Shown: positions 26,830-36,970 of the stretch, in pieces
Numbering within the stretch: the stretch's first letter is position 1
How the letters are laid out: each line of letters begins with the position of its first letter
NCBI GenBank assembly: GCA_964638545.1
Contig: CAZXAM010000012.1
Span: 6,911 to 70,910, forward strand
Length of the DNA stretch: 64,000 nucleotides
Source of the DNA: an uncultured Rikenellaceae bacterium
GTDB taxonomy: Bacteria; Bacteroidota; Bacteroidia; Bacteroidales; VadinHA17
Direction of reading: 5' to 3'
The notes under the pieces: generated by a model
The model's input: the letters and a program-made list of their open reading frames with translations, nothing else
Told to the model about the DNA's origin: nothing
Databases searched by the model: none
Made by a program: the position numbers and the translations under genes

Positions 26830-27792
26830 ATGACAGAGATAGTTATTTTTCTGGAGGATATTGATCCTGTCGATCTGTTCGGCATAAATAATTCACTGCT
26901 CGATAAAATCAGAAGCTTTTTTCCAAAGCTGAAGATCCTTTTCAGGGGCAATGAATTAAAATGCATGGGAGAGGAATCCGAGATTGCCTTTTTCGCTGAG
27001 AAATTCAACAACCTTGTAGAATATTACCGTAAATACAGTCATATTGAAGAGCAGGACCTGGAAAAATACTTATTTGATGCCGATCATATGAAATCTGTAT
27101 CAAATGGCGAATTTGAGCAGGTGCTCGTGTTTGGAACAAGCGGCAAGCCAGTCAGAGCCCGGACGGTAAATCAGCTTGCGCTGGTGAATGATTACAGGAT
27201 CAGCGATCTGATAATTGCTGAAGGGCCGGCAGGAACAGGAAAAACATACACTTCTATTGCACTGGCTGTCAAAGCCCTTAAGGAAAGGGAAGTAAAGAAG
27301 ATAATACTGACACGACCTGCAGTTGAAGCCGGTGAAAGACTTGGTTTTCTTCCCGGGGATATGAAGGAGAAGCTTGATCCCTATCTTCAGCCTCTGTATG
27401 ATGCCCTTCATGACATGCTGCCTTTCAAAAAGCTTGAGACATGGCTGGAGGACGGTACTATCCAGATAGCTCCACTCGCTTTTATGCGCGGCAGAACCCT
27501 TGAAAATGCTTTTGTAATTCTCGACGAAGCACAGAATGCAACAGTAAGCCAGCTTAAGATGTTCCTGACCAGGATGGGCGTCAGTTCAAAATTCATCATG
27601 ACAGGCGACACCACCCAGATTGATCTCCCGAAGAAAGGAGAATCAGGACTTCTGCAGGCTATGAGAATATTAACTGGTATTGAAGGCGTATCAATAATCA
27701 AGTTTGATGAAAGCGATATTGTGCGGCATAAGCTCGTAAAAAAAATTGTGAAGGCGTATGAGCAAGAAGAGACAAGCAAGGGGGCGGTTTAA
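26830..27792 (+). CDS. phoH: PhoH family ATPase
   Basis: Walker A (GPAGTGKTY) and Walker B (FVILDEAQN), with a PhoH C-terminal region. Confidence 0.9.
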   Translation: MTEIVIFLEDIDPVDLFGINNSLLDKIRSFFPKLKILFRGNELKCMGEESEIAFFAEKFNNLVEYYRKYSHIEEQDLEKYLFDADHMKSVSNGEFEQVLVFGTSGKPVRARTVNQLALVNDYRISDLIIAEGPAGTGKTYTSIALAVKALKEREVKKIILTRPAVEAGERLGFLPGDMKEKLDPYLQPLYDALHDMLPFKKLETWLEDGTIQIAPLAFMRGRTLENAFVILDEAQNATVSQLKMFLTRMGVSSKFIMTGDTTQIDLPKKGESGLLQAMRILTGIEGVSIIKFDESDIVRHKLVKKIVKAYEQEETSKGAV

Positions 27793-27811
27793 ATAAAAAC
27801 TATTTAATTCT

Positions 27812-28762
27812 ATGGCTAAGACGATCGTAAATTCAGATTTCAGATTTCCCGGACAGACAAGTGTCTACAAAGGAAAAGTCAGGGATGTTTATAACATCGG
27901 CGGCAAGTACCTTTTAATGGTAGTTTCAGACAGGATCTCTGCTTTCGATGTTGTCTTGCCTGAAGGGATACCTTACAAGGGCCAGGTGCTGAACCAGATC
28001 GCTTCCAAATTCCTTGACGCTACAAGCGACATTGTCCCAAACTGGAAAATAGCAACTCCCGATCCTTCTGTTACGTTCGGACATATCTGCAAACCTTATC
28101 CTCTTGAGATGATTGTCAGAGCTTATCTTACAGGAAGCTCATGGCGCACCTACAAGGCAGGAGCAAGAGAGATATGCGGGATCAGGCTTCCCGATGGCAT
28201 GAAAGAGCACCAGAGATTCCCCAAACCTATAATTACTCCAACCACAAAAGCTGAGCATGGACAGCACGACGTCGACATTTCAAGGGATGAAATACTGAAA
28301 CTTGGCATAATTCCTGAGCAAGAGTATGAACAGATTGAAAAATACACGATGGAAGTTTTTATGAGGGGATCAGAAATAGCTGCCCGTCATGGCCTGATTC
28401 TTGTTGACACAAAATATGAATTTGGAAACAAGGATGGGAAGATATATCTCATCGATGAAATAAACACTCCTGATTCTTCACGTTATTTTTATGCTGACGG
28501 CTACCAGGAGCGATTCGATAAAGGACTTCCTCAGAGACAGCTTTCAAAGGAATTCGTCCGCGAATGGCTTATGGCCAACGGATTTCAGGGTCAACATGGA
28601 CAGAAGGTACCCGAAATGACAAGCGAGTTTGTGAACGAAATATCAGAAAGATATATCGAGCTTTATGAAAAAATTACTGGTGAGCAGTTTGTAAAAACCG
28701 ATATTGAAAATATAAATGAGAGGATAGAAAAAAATTGTCTGAATTTCCTGTCTTCTTTATGA
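27812..28762 (+). CDS. purC: Phosphoribosylaminoimidazole-succinocarboxamide synthase (long form)
   Basis: 316 aa with YKGKVRDVY...SDRISAFD and LVDTKYEFG motifs. Confidence 0.92.
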   Translation: MAKTIVNSDFRFPGQTSVYKGKVRDVYNIGGKYLLMVVSDRISAFDVVLPEGIPYKGQVLNQIASKFLDATSDIVPNWKIATPDPSVTFGHICKPYPLEMIVRAYLTGSSWRTYKAGAREICGIRLPDGMKEHQRFPKPIITPTTKAEHGQHDVDISRDEILKLGIIPEQEYEQIEKYTMEVFMRGSEIAARHGLILVDTKYEFGNKDGKIYLIDEINTPDSSRYFYADGYQERFDKGLPQRQLSKEFVREWLMANGFQGQHGQKVPEMTSEFVNEISERYIELYEKITGEQFVKTDIENINERIEKNCLNFLSSL

Positions 28763-28774
28763 ATTGTAACGTAA

Positions 28775-30748
28775 ATGAATAACATTAAGATATTTAAAAA
28801 TTTACTTGCGGCATTGGTTCTGCTGGTTACCGTGGCCCCTGTCTCTTCACAGGTGCAGGTCGAGAGATCAAAGGATAAGGTAATTATCTCAGGTACAGCA
28901 TACTATGTGCATCAGGTAAAAAAAGGAGAGACCCCATATTCGATTGCGAAGGCCTACGGGATTTCTGTTGAAGAGCTTACCAGGGAGAATCCTCCGGCAC
29001 TGTATGGAATAAAGGAGGGCCAGTCATTAAGGATACCTTTCAGGGAAGCCGGCACTGAGCATCCGGATGCCGTGGAGACACTCCCTTTAAAGCGCGATGA
29101 AACCAGATATGTCTATCACAAGCTGTTGCCCGGAGAGACAATCTATTACCTGTCAAAGCTTTATGGCGTTTCTGAAAATGAAATTATAGCCAGCAACCCG
29201 GGCAAGGAAATCTCCAGGCTTCCGGTGAACGCGGAGATAGCTGTGCCAAGAAGGGATTTTATGACTGAAAGGGTGGAATTTGCCGTCCAGGATTCAGATT
29301 ATATCTTTCACCAGGTGGTAAAAGGTGAATCTCTTGCATCAATCGCTGAGCATTATGGCCTCCTGGTAAAGGACCTGAGGAAGGAAAACAGGAATATCAG
29401 GTTCCCTCAGGTAGGGGATTATCTGAGGATCCCTGTTCCAAGGAAAATTACCACGCAAACCACTGTGGCTCCCGAAGCTGACACTCTGAAAAAGATTGAA
29501 GGAGAAAGCCCGGTACTCTGGACACGTCCTTCAGGGTACACTCCGGTGAAGAACCTGAGCGGATCTTACGATGTGGCTGTACTGCTTCCATTTTATATAA
29601 GGGAAAACACAGCCCGGACAGAGATCGATTCATCGAAGATAGTAAAGGGGAAGCCTGTGTACAGGTTGATAAAGCGCAACTCTGATTGGATATATCCCGG
29701 AACAATAGGATTTCTGGAAATGTACCAGGGAATGCTTCTTGCTGCTGATACCCTTCGTACTATGGGCCTCAATATCAATTTTCACGTGTTTGACATTAAG
29801 TCGGATACGGTCGAGCTTACAAGACTTATCAGAAATGGAGCTTTTGAAGGAGTTGATCTCATAATCGGACCGGTCTATTCACATAACCTGTCGATTATGA
29901 CGGCATATGCAAAACCACTGGGGATACCGGTTGTGTCACCTGTTCCTCAGTTCAGCAACTCATCGCTGACAGGCAATCCCAACCTTTTTATTGCAAATGC
30001 AACCCTTGAGGTGGCCCAGAATGTTATTTCAAGGAAAGCAGGCGAATACTTCGACAATAATATCGTTTTTATCCATGCAGATACCTCCGGTGCAGATAAG
30101 GATGTAATTAATTTTAAACAAAAGATCCTGGCCGAACTGAGCAACAGGATCCCCTATGAGGAGATCCGTTTCAAGGAGTTCATTTTCTACAGCAGGTCTG
30201 CATTTGACAACGACTCCATAAACAGGCTCAGCCATGCGCTCTCAAGGGATATCAATAATACCATAATTATAGCCACCGAGGAACCGCCGGTTATAAGTGA
30301 AACGCTTCAGGAGATACACAGTCTTTCCAGGAATTTCCCTGTAAAAGTATTCGGCTACCCCGCAATCAGAACGATCGAGAACCTTGACCTGAGGTTCCTC
30401 TTTGATCTCGATATTACTGTATTTTCTCCCTATTGGATAGATTACACAAAAAGGGATGTAAGGCAGTTTATTTCCGTTTACCATCATAAGTTCATGACAG
30501 AACCTTCTGAAATGAGCTATTCCTGGCTTGGTTTTGACCTCACTTATTACTTCCTTACCGGACTTGCTGTCCATGGGAAGGATTTCCTGGCTCATCCGGA
30601 GATGCATAATCCGGATCTTCTCCAGACGCAGTTTGATTTTCAGCGAAAAACCACGAATGACGGTTTTGAGAATCAGAAGCTGTACACAATGAAATTCACC
30701 AGGGATTATGAAGTGCTTCTTATTCCGGACGCCGATCAGATACGATAA
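28775..30748 (+). CDS. Secreted protein with three LysM domains and a C-terminal periplasmic-binding-protein-like domain
   Basis: Signal peptide, then three LysM repeats (YVHQVKKGETPYSIAKAYGISVEEL; YHKLLPGETIYYLSKLYGVSENEI; FHQVVKGESLASIAEHYGLLVKDL). Confidence 0.7.
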   Translation: MNNIKIFKNLLAALVLLVTVAPVSSQVQVERSKDKVIISGTAYYVHQVKKGETPYSIAKAYGISVEELTRENPPALYGIKEGQSLRIPFREAGTEHPDAVETLPLKRDETRYVYHKLLPGETIYYLSKLYGVSENEIIASNPGKEISRLPVNAEIAVPRRDFMTERVEFAVQDSDYIFHQVVKGESLASIAEHYGLLVKDLRKENRNIRFPQVGDYLRIPVPRKITTQTTVAPEADTLKKIEGESPVLWTRPSGYTPVKNLSGSYDVAVLLPFYIRENTARTEIDSSKIVKGKPVYRLIKRNSDWIYPGTIGFLEMYQGMLLAADTLRTMGLNINFHVFDIKSDTVELTRLIRNGAFEGVDLIIGPVYSHNLSIMTAYAKPLGIPVVSPVPQFSNSSLTGNPNLFIANATLEVAQNVISRKAGEYFDNNIVFIHADTSGADKDVINFKQKILAELSNRIPYEEIRFKEFIFYSRSAFDNDSINRLSHALSRDINNTIIIATEEPPVISETLQEIHSLSRNFPVKVFGYPAIRTIENLDLRFLFDLDITVFSPYWIDYTKRDVRQFISVYHHKFMTEPSEMSYSWLGFDLTYYFLTGLAVHGKDFLAHPEMHNPDLLQTQFDFQRKTTNDGFENQKLYTMKFTRDYEVLLIPDADQIR

Positions 30749-30785
30749 TATGTTGATATTCAGATATTTAAAATTTCATAAATCC

Positions 30786-30809
30786 GATTGTTAATAAAAA
30801 TTAACAATC
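30786..30809. promoter_or_regulatory. Perfect 10-bp inverted repeat GATTGTTAAT-aaaa-ATTAACAATC upstream of the ECF sigma gene
   Basis: A 24-bp dyad, 23-41 nt upstream of the candidate starts (30832/30850) and 38 nt after the LysM gene stop. Confidence 0.4.
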
Positions 30810-30831
30810 AGGAATAAATTAACCGGAACTG

Positions 30832-31407
30832 TTGTCTATAACTTGTACAATGAGAGGATCCTTCAAGCAGGCCGAAGACAGCGAACTTGTACGCGCATCA
30901 GTAGCAGGAGACAAGCTGGCTTTCGGAGAGATTGTGGACCGTTACAGGAAAATGGTGGCGCGTACTGTCAAAGGGATGCTTGGAGATTCAGTTTATGCGG
31001 AGGACATAGGACAGGAAGTTTTCATAAAACTGTACCATTCCATGTCGGAGTTCAGGGGAGAAGCAAAATTGTCGACGTACATTCAGAAAATAGCAATTAA
31101 TCTTACCCTGAATGAGATAAAAAGACGAAAAAGATTCTTTTCTATGTTCTCACAGAAGGGGAACAACGAAATGTATGAGTATGAAATAGCAGATTTTGAA
31201 ACAGAGGAAAAAAAAGACTCTACGGAATTAGTTAACAAGGCATTGATGGGATTGGAACCAAAATTCAGGATCATAGTGGCAATGAGGATGCTTCAGGGTT
31301 ACTCGACCAAAGAGACTGCAGAGATACTTGATCTCCCCATGGGCACTGTCCTCTCAAGGCTTTCAAGAGCACAGGATCAATTAAAGGAAATTTTAAAAAA
31401 ATTATGA
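30832..31407 (+). CDS. ECF-type RNA polymerase sigma-70 factor
   Basis: Region 2 (EDIGQEVFIKLY) and region 4 (GYSTKETAEILDLPMGTVLSRLSRA). The start may be ATG 30850. Confidence 0.85.
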   Translation: MSITCTMRGSFKQAEDSELVRASVAGDKLAFGEIVDRYRKMVARTVKGMLGDSVYAEDIGQEVFIKLYHSMSEFRGEAKLSTYIQKIAINLTLNEIKRRKRFFSMFSQKGNNEMYEYEIADFETEEKKDSTELVNKALMGLEPKFRIIVAMRMLQGYSTKETAEILDLPMGTVLSRLSRAQDQLKEILKKL

Positions 31408-31763
31408 AAATGAAACCTTCAGAACTAAAAAAGCTGATTATAGGATCACTCGATGAAAATACTGATCCTGAAACTGCTGCAGGCAAGATTGAGGAGGAAG
31501 GGATATCCTTTGATTTCAGCAAAGGATTCAGCGAAAAGGTTATTGACAGTATATTCTCAGCTCCTGAAGCTGTGGTCCGTGAAATTGAATTTGTGAAATC
31601 GATGAGGTTTATCTTCACCCGCGTTGCACTCACAGGAGTTGCCGCGATAATTCTCCTCCTGGTGTCTCTGTTCCTTACCGAAGGGTCGCTGACTTTTAAT
31701 TCCTTCCTCGGCATTGGCAATTCTTACGATGAGGGTTTAGTCTATCTGCTCACCGGCAATTAA
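31404..31763 (+). CDS. Hypothetical single-pass membrane protein, candidate anti-sigma partner
   Basis: 119 aa. ATGA overlap with the sigma gene stop. TM helix at VALTGVAAIILLLVSLFL. No zf-HC2 motif. Confidence 0.4.
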   Translation: MKMKPSELKKLIIGSLDENTDPETAAGKIEEEGISFDFSKGFSEKVIDSIFSAPEAVVREIEFVKSMRFIFTRVALTGVAAIILLLVSLFLTEGSLTFNSFLGIGNSYDEGLVYLLTGN

Positions 31764-31772
31764 CTTGAAGCA

Positions 31773-32297
31773 ATGAAAACAAAACCAATAATTCTAGTAA
31801 TAGTAACCTTGATCATTGGATTTATACTGGGTATGCTGACATCAGCGCAATTAAGGATGCACAAACTGAAACCGGTAAGAGTCTATTTCTCAGAAGAGCG
31901 TTTTATGGAAGGGTTCTACAAGATCATCGAACCTGACGACAAGCAGAAAGGGGAAATTCAGAAGATCATTCAGAAATATGCAAAAATCAATGGCGACCTT
32001 CAATCAGATTTCAGAAAGCAGTTCGAAACCAATATGAAGGATTTCAGGAAAGAAATGGATTCGAATCTTTCAAAGGAACAACTGTCCAGGCTTAAGGAGA
32101 TGGATGAGCAGCGCCAGGAAATTATCAAGCAAGGCTGGAGAGACCGTGATTCATCCAACAGGAACAACCCCGGGCGATTCGACAGGAATAGAAGCCGCTA
32201 TCCGGGCAATCAGCCGCCTCCTGGAATGGAAAGACCTATGTCGCCACCGAATAGAATGCCTATGCGCGACTCAGTGCATTCAGGCGATCGAGAATAA
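31773..32297 (+). CDS. Periplasmic Spy/CpxP-like (LTxxQ-type) protein, putative envelope-stress chaperone
   Basis: 174 aa with an N-terminal TM/signal segment, helical repeats with LSKEQLSRLKEM-type motifs, and a Pro/Arg/Asn-rich tail. Confidence 0.4.
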   Translation: MKTKPIILVIVTLIIGFILGMLTSAQLRMHKLKPVRVYFSEERFMEGFYKIIEPDDKQKGEIQKIIQKYAKINGDLQSDFRKQFETNMKDFRKEMDSNLSKEQLSRLKEMDEQRQEIIKQGWRDRDSSNRNNPGRFDRNRSRYPGNQPPPGMERPMSPPNRMPMRDSVHSGDRE

Positions 32298-34514
32298 AAG
32301 GTAGTCCAGAAGTATTGGTAGATCGTCCTTGTTTACTCCCAGCTGAATAAGCAAATTCCAGTCATCTGAATAGATTGATATGAACTGCTCCCGGGTCAGC
32401 TCACCGCTCATAATGCTTTTCCTGTAGAGATCGACAGCCTCTTTTTTTCTTCCCTGGCACAACGCAAGATGACCCATGTTGATAAGATCATGCGGTATAA
32501 GTTTCTCAGCAGAGAGTCTTTCATAATATTTTGCTGATTCACTGAATTTTCCAAGAGCAAAATAACAGTACGCTATAGGTCTCAGGATCTTCAGATTGCC
32601 CGGATCATTATATTCAACCCTGAAGTAATGGCCCAGTGCTTTGTCATACTCTTTGAGATCCAGGTAACAATGTGCCGTCATGATCGCGGTATGCAGATTA
32701 TCAGGTTCAATTCCGGCAGCCTCCAGATAATAATCGAGGGCTTCCTCATTTCTGCCCAGTCTTCGCAGGCACAGCCCGGTCTTTTTCAGTGTCCAGACCT
32801 TCCTGTCAATAAGCTCTGCCATCTTGTAATAGCTTATGGCTTCCTCATAGTTGTACAACTCCTGGCAGCAATATCCGATCTTCTCGTACAACTGGGCGTC
32901 ATCGGGCCTGCTTGCTGTCTGCTTCAGGTACAGGGTCAGGGCATCTTCATAAAAATCCTTGCTGAAAAAATAATCGGCGAGCCCGGCTTCAGCTTCAGAT
33001 GCGTTGCATGTGATCCTGAAGAATTCTGAATTGTAAATATCAAGCCTGCCGGTGAAGATATCTTCAAATTCTTTTCTGTATGGCGACAGTTTAAAGAACC
33101 TGTAGATATCCTGAAGGTACTGTGTTACATTTGTCCTGAATTTCTTGTTGGGATCTGTCAGCGATTCTTCGTCGTCAATCTGCCCCAGGCCTTCAAGCTC
33201 CATCCTGAAAACCTTGAGCATCATGCTTTTCTGAGCTGCCGGAAGATACTTTAAGTTGAGAATAAGGGAGTATTTATCGGAATTGCAGATGAAAGGAGTT
33301 TTGTACATGGCTTCGGCCATCTGATTAGTTCCGGGGCCAAGTACCTCATCCCTGAATATCTCGTCTACAACTTCATGGTCGGGATAGAATGGTATGAACC
33401 AGTTCTGGAAATCCTTGAAGAAATCAAAATGCTTGAGGTTTGCAAAAGCCGACATGTAAACATCTGCTCCTTCCATCTGGAGTTTTGTCAGCTCTTCCAT
33501 GGTCTTGAATATCTCTTCGGAATCATTGAACATTGAAGCCCAGTCCGGATTCTTTCCTTCGTTTTTTTCATTGGGAAGAATGTTGTCGAGGTCGAGCTTC
33601 TCCTCAATTCTTGGTCTAAGCCTGGCTACCTGCGGCAGGATCTCATCATGAAGCTTTTTACTTAGTTTTTCTGTTTCCCTTGACCTGATTATCTGCAGGA
33701 CGATTATCCTGCAGTGTTCCCTGAATCCGTGGGTCCCGGCCATTTCAATTATATGTGTGCTGATCTCAGGGTAGAGAAGTATTCTGCCATTATAGTAATG
33801 CAGGTTAAGGATAAGTCCCGACAAGGCTCTCTCCATAACTTGTTCCTGGCCCGATTTGTAAATGTCGATCAGGTAAAGAAGCTTTTCTGTTTGCCAGCTT
33901 CTGAAAGAGCTCAGTGTTATTGCAGTTGTAAAGATACATGCCTCATACCACCTGAATTTGCCTGAATTCAGTATTATTTTAATGAGGCTCTCTTCAGCCT
34001 CGCCGTAAAAATCAGTAAGCCAGAGGTGATTGAAGATGTTCTTTATCAGCTGCTTGTGTTTTTTCGATATTTCTGATTCCGGATCAGGATTTATCTCGTT
34101 GCTCAGCCTGAGCCATTCGTCAAGCTCCGATTTAAACATCAGGTCATCGACTGTCTCAACAATTGTTTTTCCGGTCAGTTTCTGCTCTTTTTCTGCCTGC
34201 TGCTTCACCCAGTAGGTGTTCCATCCTGAATTATGTGACAATATGTCCTGTCTGACTCTGTCGGATAGCTCCAGTATTGACTGGATGAGCTTGATGTAAA
34301 CCTTGTTCCTCTCAGGATCGTTGATCCCTTCGATTGTATATGAGAGCATGTTCCTGTAGGTCATTTCCAGGTTGCTGTACTCGTCGCGTAACTGTCCGGT
34401 TGTTGCGGTAGTGATCATATCAGACAGAATATCAAGGCTTTGCTTGATCTTCCGTTCTGAAACGAGAGAACAGATCTGCTTATGCTGCTGTATGGTTTTC
34501 TTAATATCCATCAA
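32280..34514 (-). CDS. Large conserved hypothetical protein with C-terminal TPR repeats
   Basis: 744 aa. The C-terminal ~250 aa has recognisable TPR units (ALTLYLKQ..YEKIGYCCQELYNYEEAISYYKMA...). Confidence 0.6.
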   Translation of the reverse strand: MMDIKKTIQQHKQICSLVSERKIKQSLDILSDMITTATTGQLRDEYSNLEMTYRNMLSYTIEGINDPERNKVYIKLIQSILELSDRVRQDILSHNSGWNTYWVKQQAEKEQKLTGKTIVETVDDLMFKSELDEWLRLSNEINPDPESEISKKHKQLIKNIFNHLWLTDFYGEAEESLIKIILNSGKFRWYEACIFTTAITLSSFRSWQTEKLLYLIDIYKSGQEQVMERALSGLILNLHYYNGRILLYPEISTHIIEMAGTHGFREHCRIIVLQIIRSRETEKLSKKLHDEILPQVARLRPRIEEKLDLDNILPNEKNEGKNPDWASMFNDSEEIFKTMEELTKLQMEGADVYMSAFANLKHFDFFKDFQNWFIPFYPDHEVVDEIFRDEVLGPGTNQMAEAMYKTPFICNSDKYSLILNLKYLPAAQKSMMLKVFRMELEGLGQIDDEESLTDPNKKFRTNVTQYLQDIYRFFKLSPYRKEFEDIFTGRLDIYNSEFFRITCNASEAEAGLADYFFSKDFYEDALTLYLKQTASRPDDAQLYEKIGYCCQELYNYEEAISYYKMAELIDRKVWTLKKTGLCLRRLGRNEEALDYYLEAAGIEPDNLHTAIMTAHCYLDLKEYDKALGHYFRVEYNDPGNLKILRPIAYCYFALGKFSESAKYYERLSAEKLIPHDLINMGHLALCQGRKKEAVDLYRKSIMSGELTREQFISIYSDDWNLLIQLGVNKDDLPILLDYLLFSIA

Positions 34515-34604
34515 TTTTAAGTTGTTTCTGAAACAGATGACAAATTTTCATCTGACCTTGTTCAAATTATATATGCAACAATCAGGCCGATGAAGATTGC
34601 TTTT

Positions 34605-36908
34605 TCAGAAGTTGAATCCAATGCTGAGATACCCTTTGAAATTGTTGAAATAGTTATTGTATGGATCCCTTCCATACATCATGCCAACCTTTATGGGCCC
34701 GACGATAGTCATATACCCTGCTCCAGCTCCGAATCCTGCCAGGAGATCATAGCCACTGTCCATGTAGATGCCCTGGGCAGCAAAAACGTCCGTTGTAAGC
34801 GTAATATGAAAATCATTGAATGCCTCAATATCTAATTCAATCCCACCTCCGAGGGCCTTCTTTACCGGCATCTCCGATGTATGGAAGCCCGTCATGGCTA
34901 TCGATCTGTTACTGATTGACTGCAATCCGCCAAGAAGATAGAAATTATTCTGTGTTACAGCAGAATCACAACGGCTTACATATACTGCATCTGCATGAAC
35001 TGAAAAGGTCACATTCCTGGATTTAGAGAAATATTGCCGGAAGCCTCCTTTTAATGTATAATACCTGTCGAAGCTGAAGTCACCTTTTTCCACTATATCA
35101 AAATTTCTCCTTTCAATATTGGTCCTGATGCTTGCCGAGATCAGCCGGGAAGTGTTTCCCATTATGTCAAAAGTCATCCCCTTGTTTGGGAAGTACTTAG
35201 TATCCAATGTGTTAATGTTATATTGGACCGTTGGTTTGATATAATTGTAAGAAATGTTATCCAGTCCTGATGCCGAGACATAGACGGGAGTCAGATCAAG
35301 GTTCTCATAAATCCCCGATATATTGAGCATATGATTGAGTCCGATCCTCTTCGAAAAGTTAAGTCCCATGCTTAAATCTCCAAGGATTACATTGCCTGTT
35401 TCATCGTTTATATGAAGCACCGGTACAGGTGTCTTATCGTAATTCAGGTTTACCGATATGTTCCATTGTTGTTTCCATCCAAGGTACTGAAGAAACAATG
35501 CCTTGATCCTGTAGTATCTTCCCAGGAATGTATTGATATTTATCACGGAACCGGGGAAGATATAATTCTTTGAGGAGAATGCAAGCAGAGCCCCGGGTCC
35601 CGTTGCATTATCATAATGCAATGCGCCATAGAGCATTGCAGGCGGCTTCTCAATGCATTCTAATTCAAGAATGAGCGAATCATTTCGTGGTATAAAGCGG
35701 TATTTGACCTTTTCGAACCAGTTCTTACCATAAAGCAGGTTGGTCTTTTCCATCAGCGTGTACTTGTTCACCGAGTCTCCGCCCCGGAGATCCAGGATAC
35801 CTGTAATCTGTCTGTCGGAGTAATTTCTGTTTCCCTTGATGTTGATCCTGTCAATATGATAATACTGCCTGTCGAGTATATCAGCGATCGGTTTCTGCTT
35901 CCCGAACCGGTTCAGGGAATCAGCAAGCCTGACGAACTTTTCCTTAAACGGGAGAGCGGCAGCATATCCTCGCTGGTAAATTGTGTCTACCCTGCTGAAA
36001 TCGAGGGATGAAAGACCTTTCAGATCAGGTATGATAAGGTAGTTTGCGAGCTTTCTCTGGTGCTCGAAATCGTTATAGCTCAGTGAGAAGCTTATCTGTT
36101 TCAGAATGTCGGCAACATTGTCGAGCTCATTTTCTTCTTTCCAGCGATAACCTGTGTATGAACCTATTATGATGTCGGCGCCCATTTCAACAGCTTCCTG
36201 CGTGGCAAAATTCCTGTATATCCCTCCGTCAAGCAGCAAAGCAGAATCAATTTTAATAGGGGTGAATACAGAAGGAATAGCGAGGCTTGCCCTTATCGCA
36301 TCCGGGAGATAACCTTTCTTCAGATCCACTACTCTGGCTGTAAGGATATCTGATCCTACGCAGGTAAAAGGTATCGGGAGTTTTGAAAAATCATCAATGC
36401 CTGCTGCAGGCCATGCAAAAAAACTCAGGAAGCTCTCAATTACCTGGCCGTTACTGACACCTGAAGGCAGGTTTACTTTTTTTGATGTTACGGGAATTGA
36501 AATGATGTTATTGCGGAAGTTATTCTTTTCAAGGTATATGATCTTGTCTTCATCTATCTGGTTAGTAATTACACCGGCCAGATCCTCTGATTTTAACATC
36601 TTCAGAATGCTGTCGGCACTGTAACCGATAGCATACATGCCTCCGATAACGCTTCCCATGCTGACTCCTGCAATACAGTCCGGTCTGAGACCAGCTTCTT
36701 CCATGACTTTTAAAACGCCGAGATGCGCAATTCCAAGAGCGCCTCCTCCGCTGAGAGCCAGTCCTAACGATGGTCTTTTGGCCGGTTCCTGCGCCCTGAC
36801 AGCCGGATTTACGGTCAGAAGGCTTATAATTATGATCGCAAATATTCCGTGAAATCTCTTATGTGAAAAGAAAAAGCTTAATGGGTAATATGTTTTTGCC
36901 AATTGCAT
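34605..36908 (-). CDS. Patatin-like phospholipase fused to an Omp85-type beta-barrel (PlpD-like)
   Basis: Patatin motifs GLALSGGGALG and GVSMGS, a DGG catalytic Asp region, a POTRA-like middle region, and a C-terminal beta-barrel ending in ..SIGFNF. Confidence 0.8.
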   Translation of the reverse strand: MQLAKTYYPLSFFFSHKRFHGIFAIIIISLLTVNPAVRAQEPAKRPSLGLALSGGGALGIAHLGVLKVMEEAGLRPDCIAGVSMGSVIGGMYAIGYSADSILKMLKSEDLAGVITNQIDEDKIIYLEKNNFRNNIISIPVTSKKVNLPSGVSNGQVIESFLSFFAWPAAGIDDFSKLPIPFTCVGSDILTARVVDLKKGYLPDAIRASLAIPSVFTPIKIDSALLLDGGIYRNFATQEAVEMGADIIIGSYTGYRWKEENELDNVADILKQISFSLSYNDFEHQRKLANYLIIPDLKGLSSLDFSRVDTIYQRGYAAALPFKEKFVRLADSLNRFGKQKPIADILDRQYYHIDRINIKGNRNYSDRQITGILDLRGGDSVNKYTLMEKTNLLYGKNWFEKVKYRFIPRNDSLILELECIEKPPAMLYGALHYDNATGPGALLAFSSKNYIFPGSVININTFLGRYYRIKALFLQYLGWKQQWNISVNLNYDKTPVPVLHINDETGNVILGDLSMGLNFSKRIGLNHMLNISGIYENLDLTPVYVSASGLDNISYNYIKPTVQYNINTLDTKYFPNKGMTFDIMGNTSRLISASIRTNIERRNFDIVEKGDFSFDRYYTLKGGFRQYFSKSRNVTFSVHADAVYVSRCDSAVTQNNFYLLGGLQSISNRSIAMTGFHTSEMPVKKALGGGIELDIEAFNDFHITLTTDVFAAQGIYMDSGYDLLAGFGAGAGYMTIVGPIKVGMMYGRDPYNNYFNNFKGYLSIGFNF

Positions 36909-36970
36909 CTTTTAAATGCTGTATTATGAAGACTAACTACCAAGTTACCAAATTTCGCTAAATTTATGAA

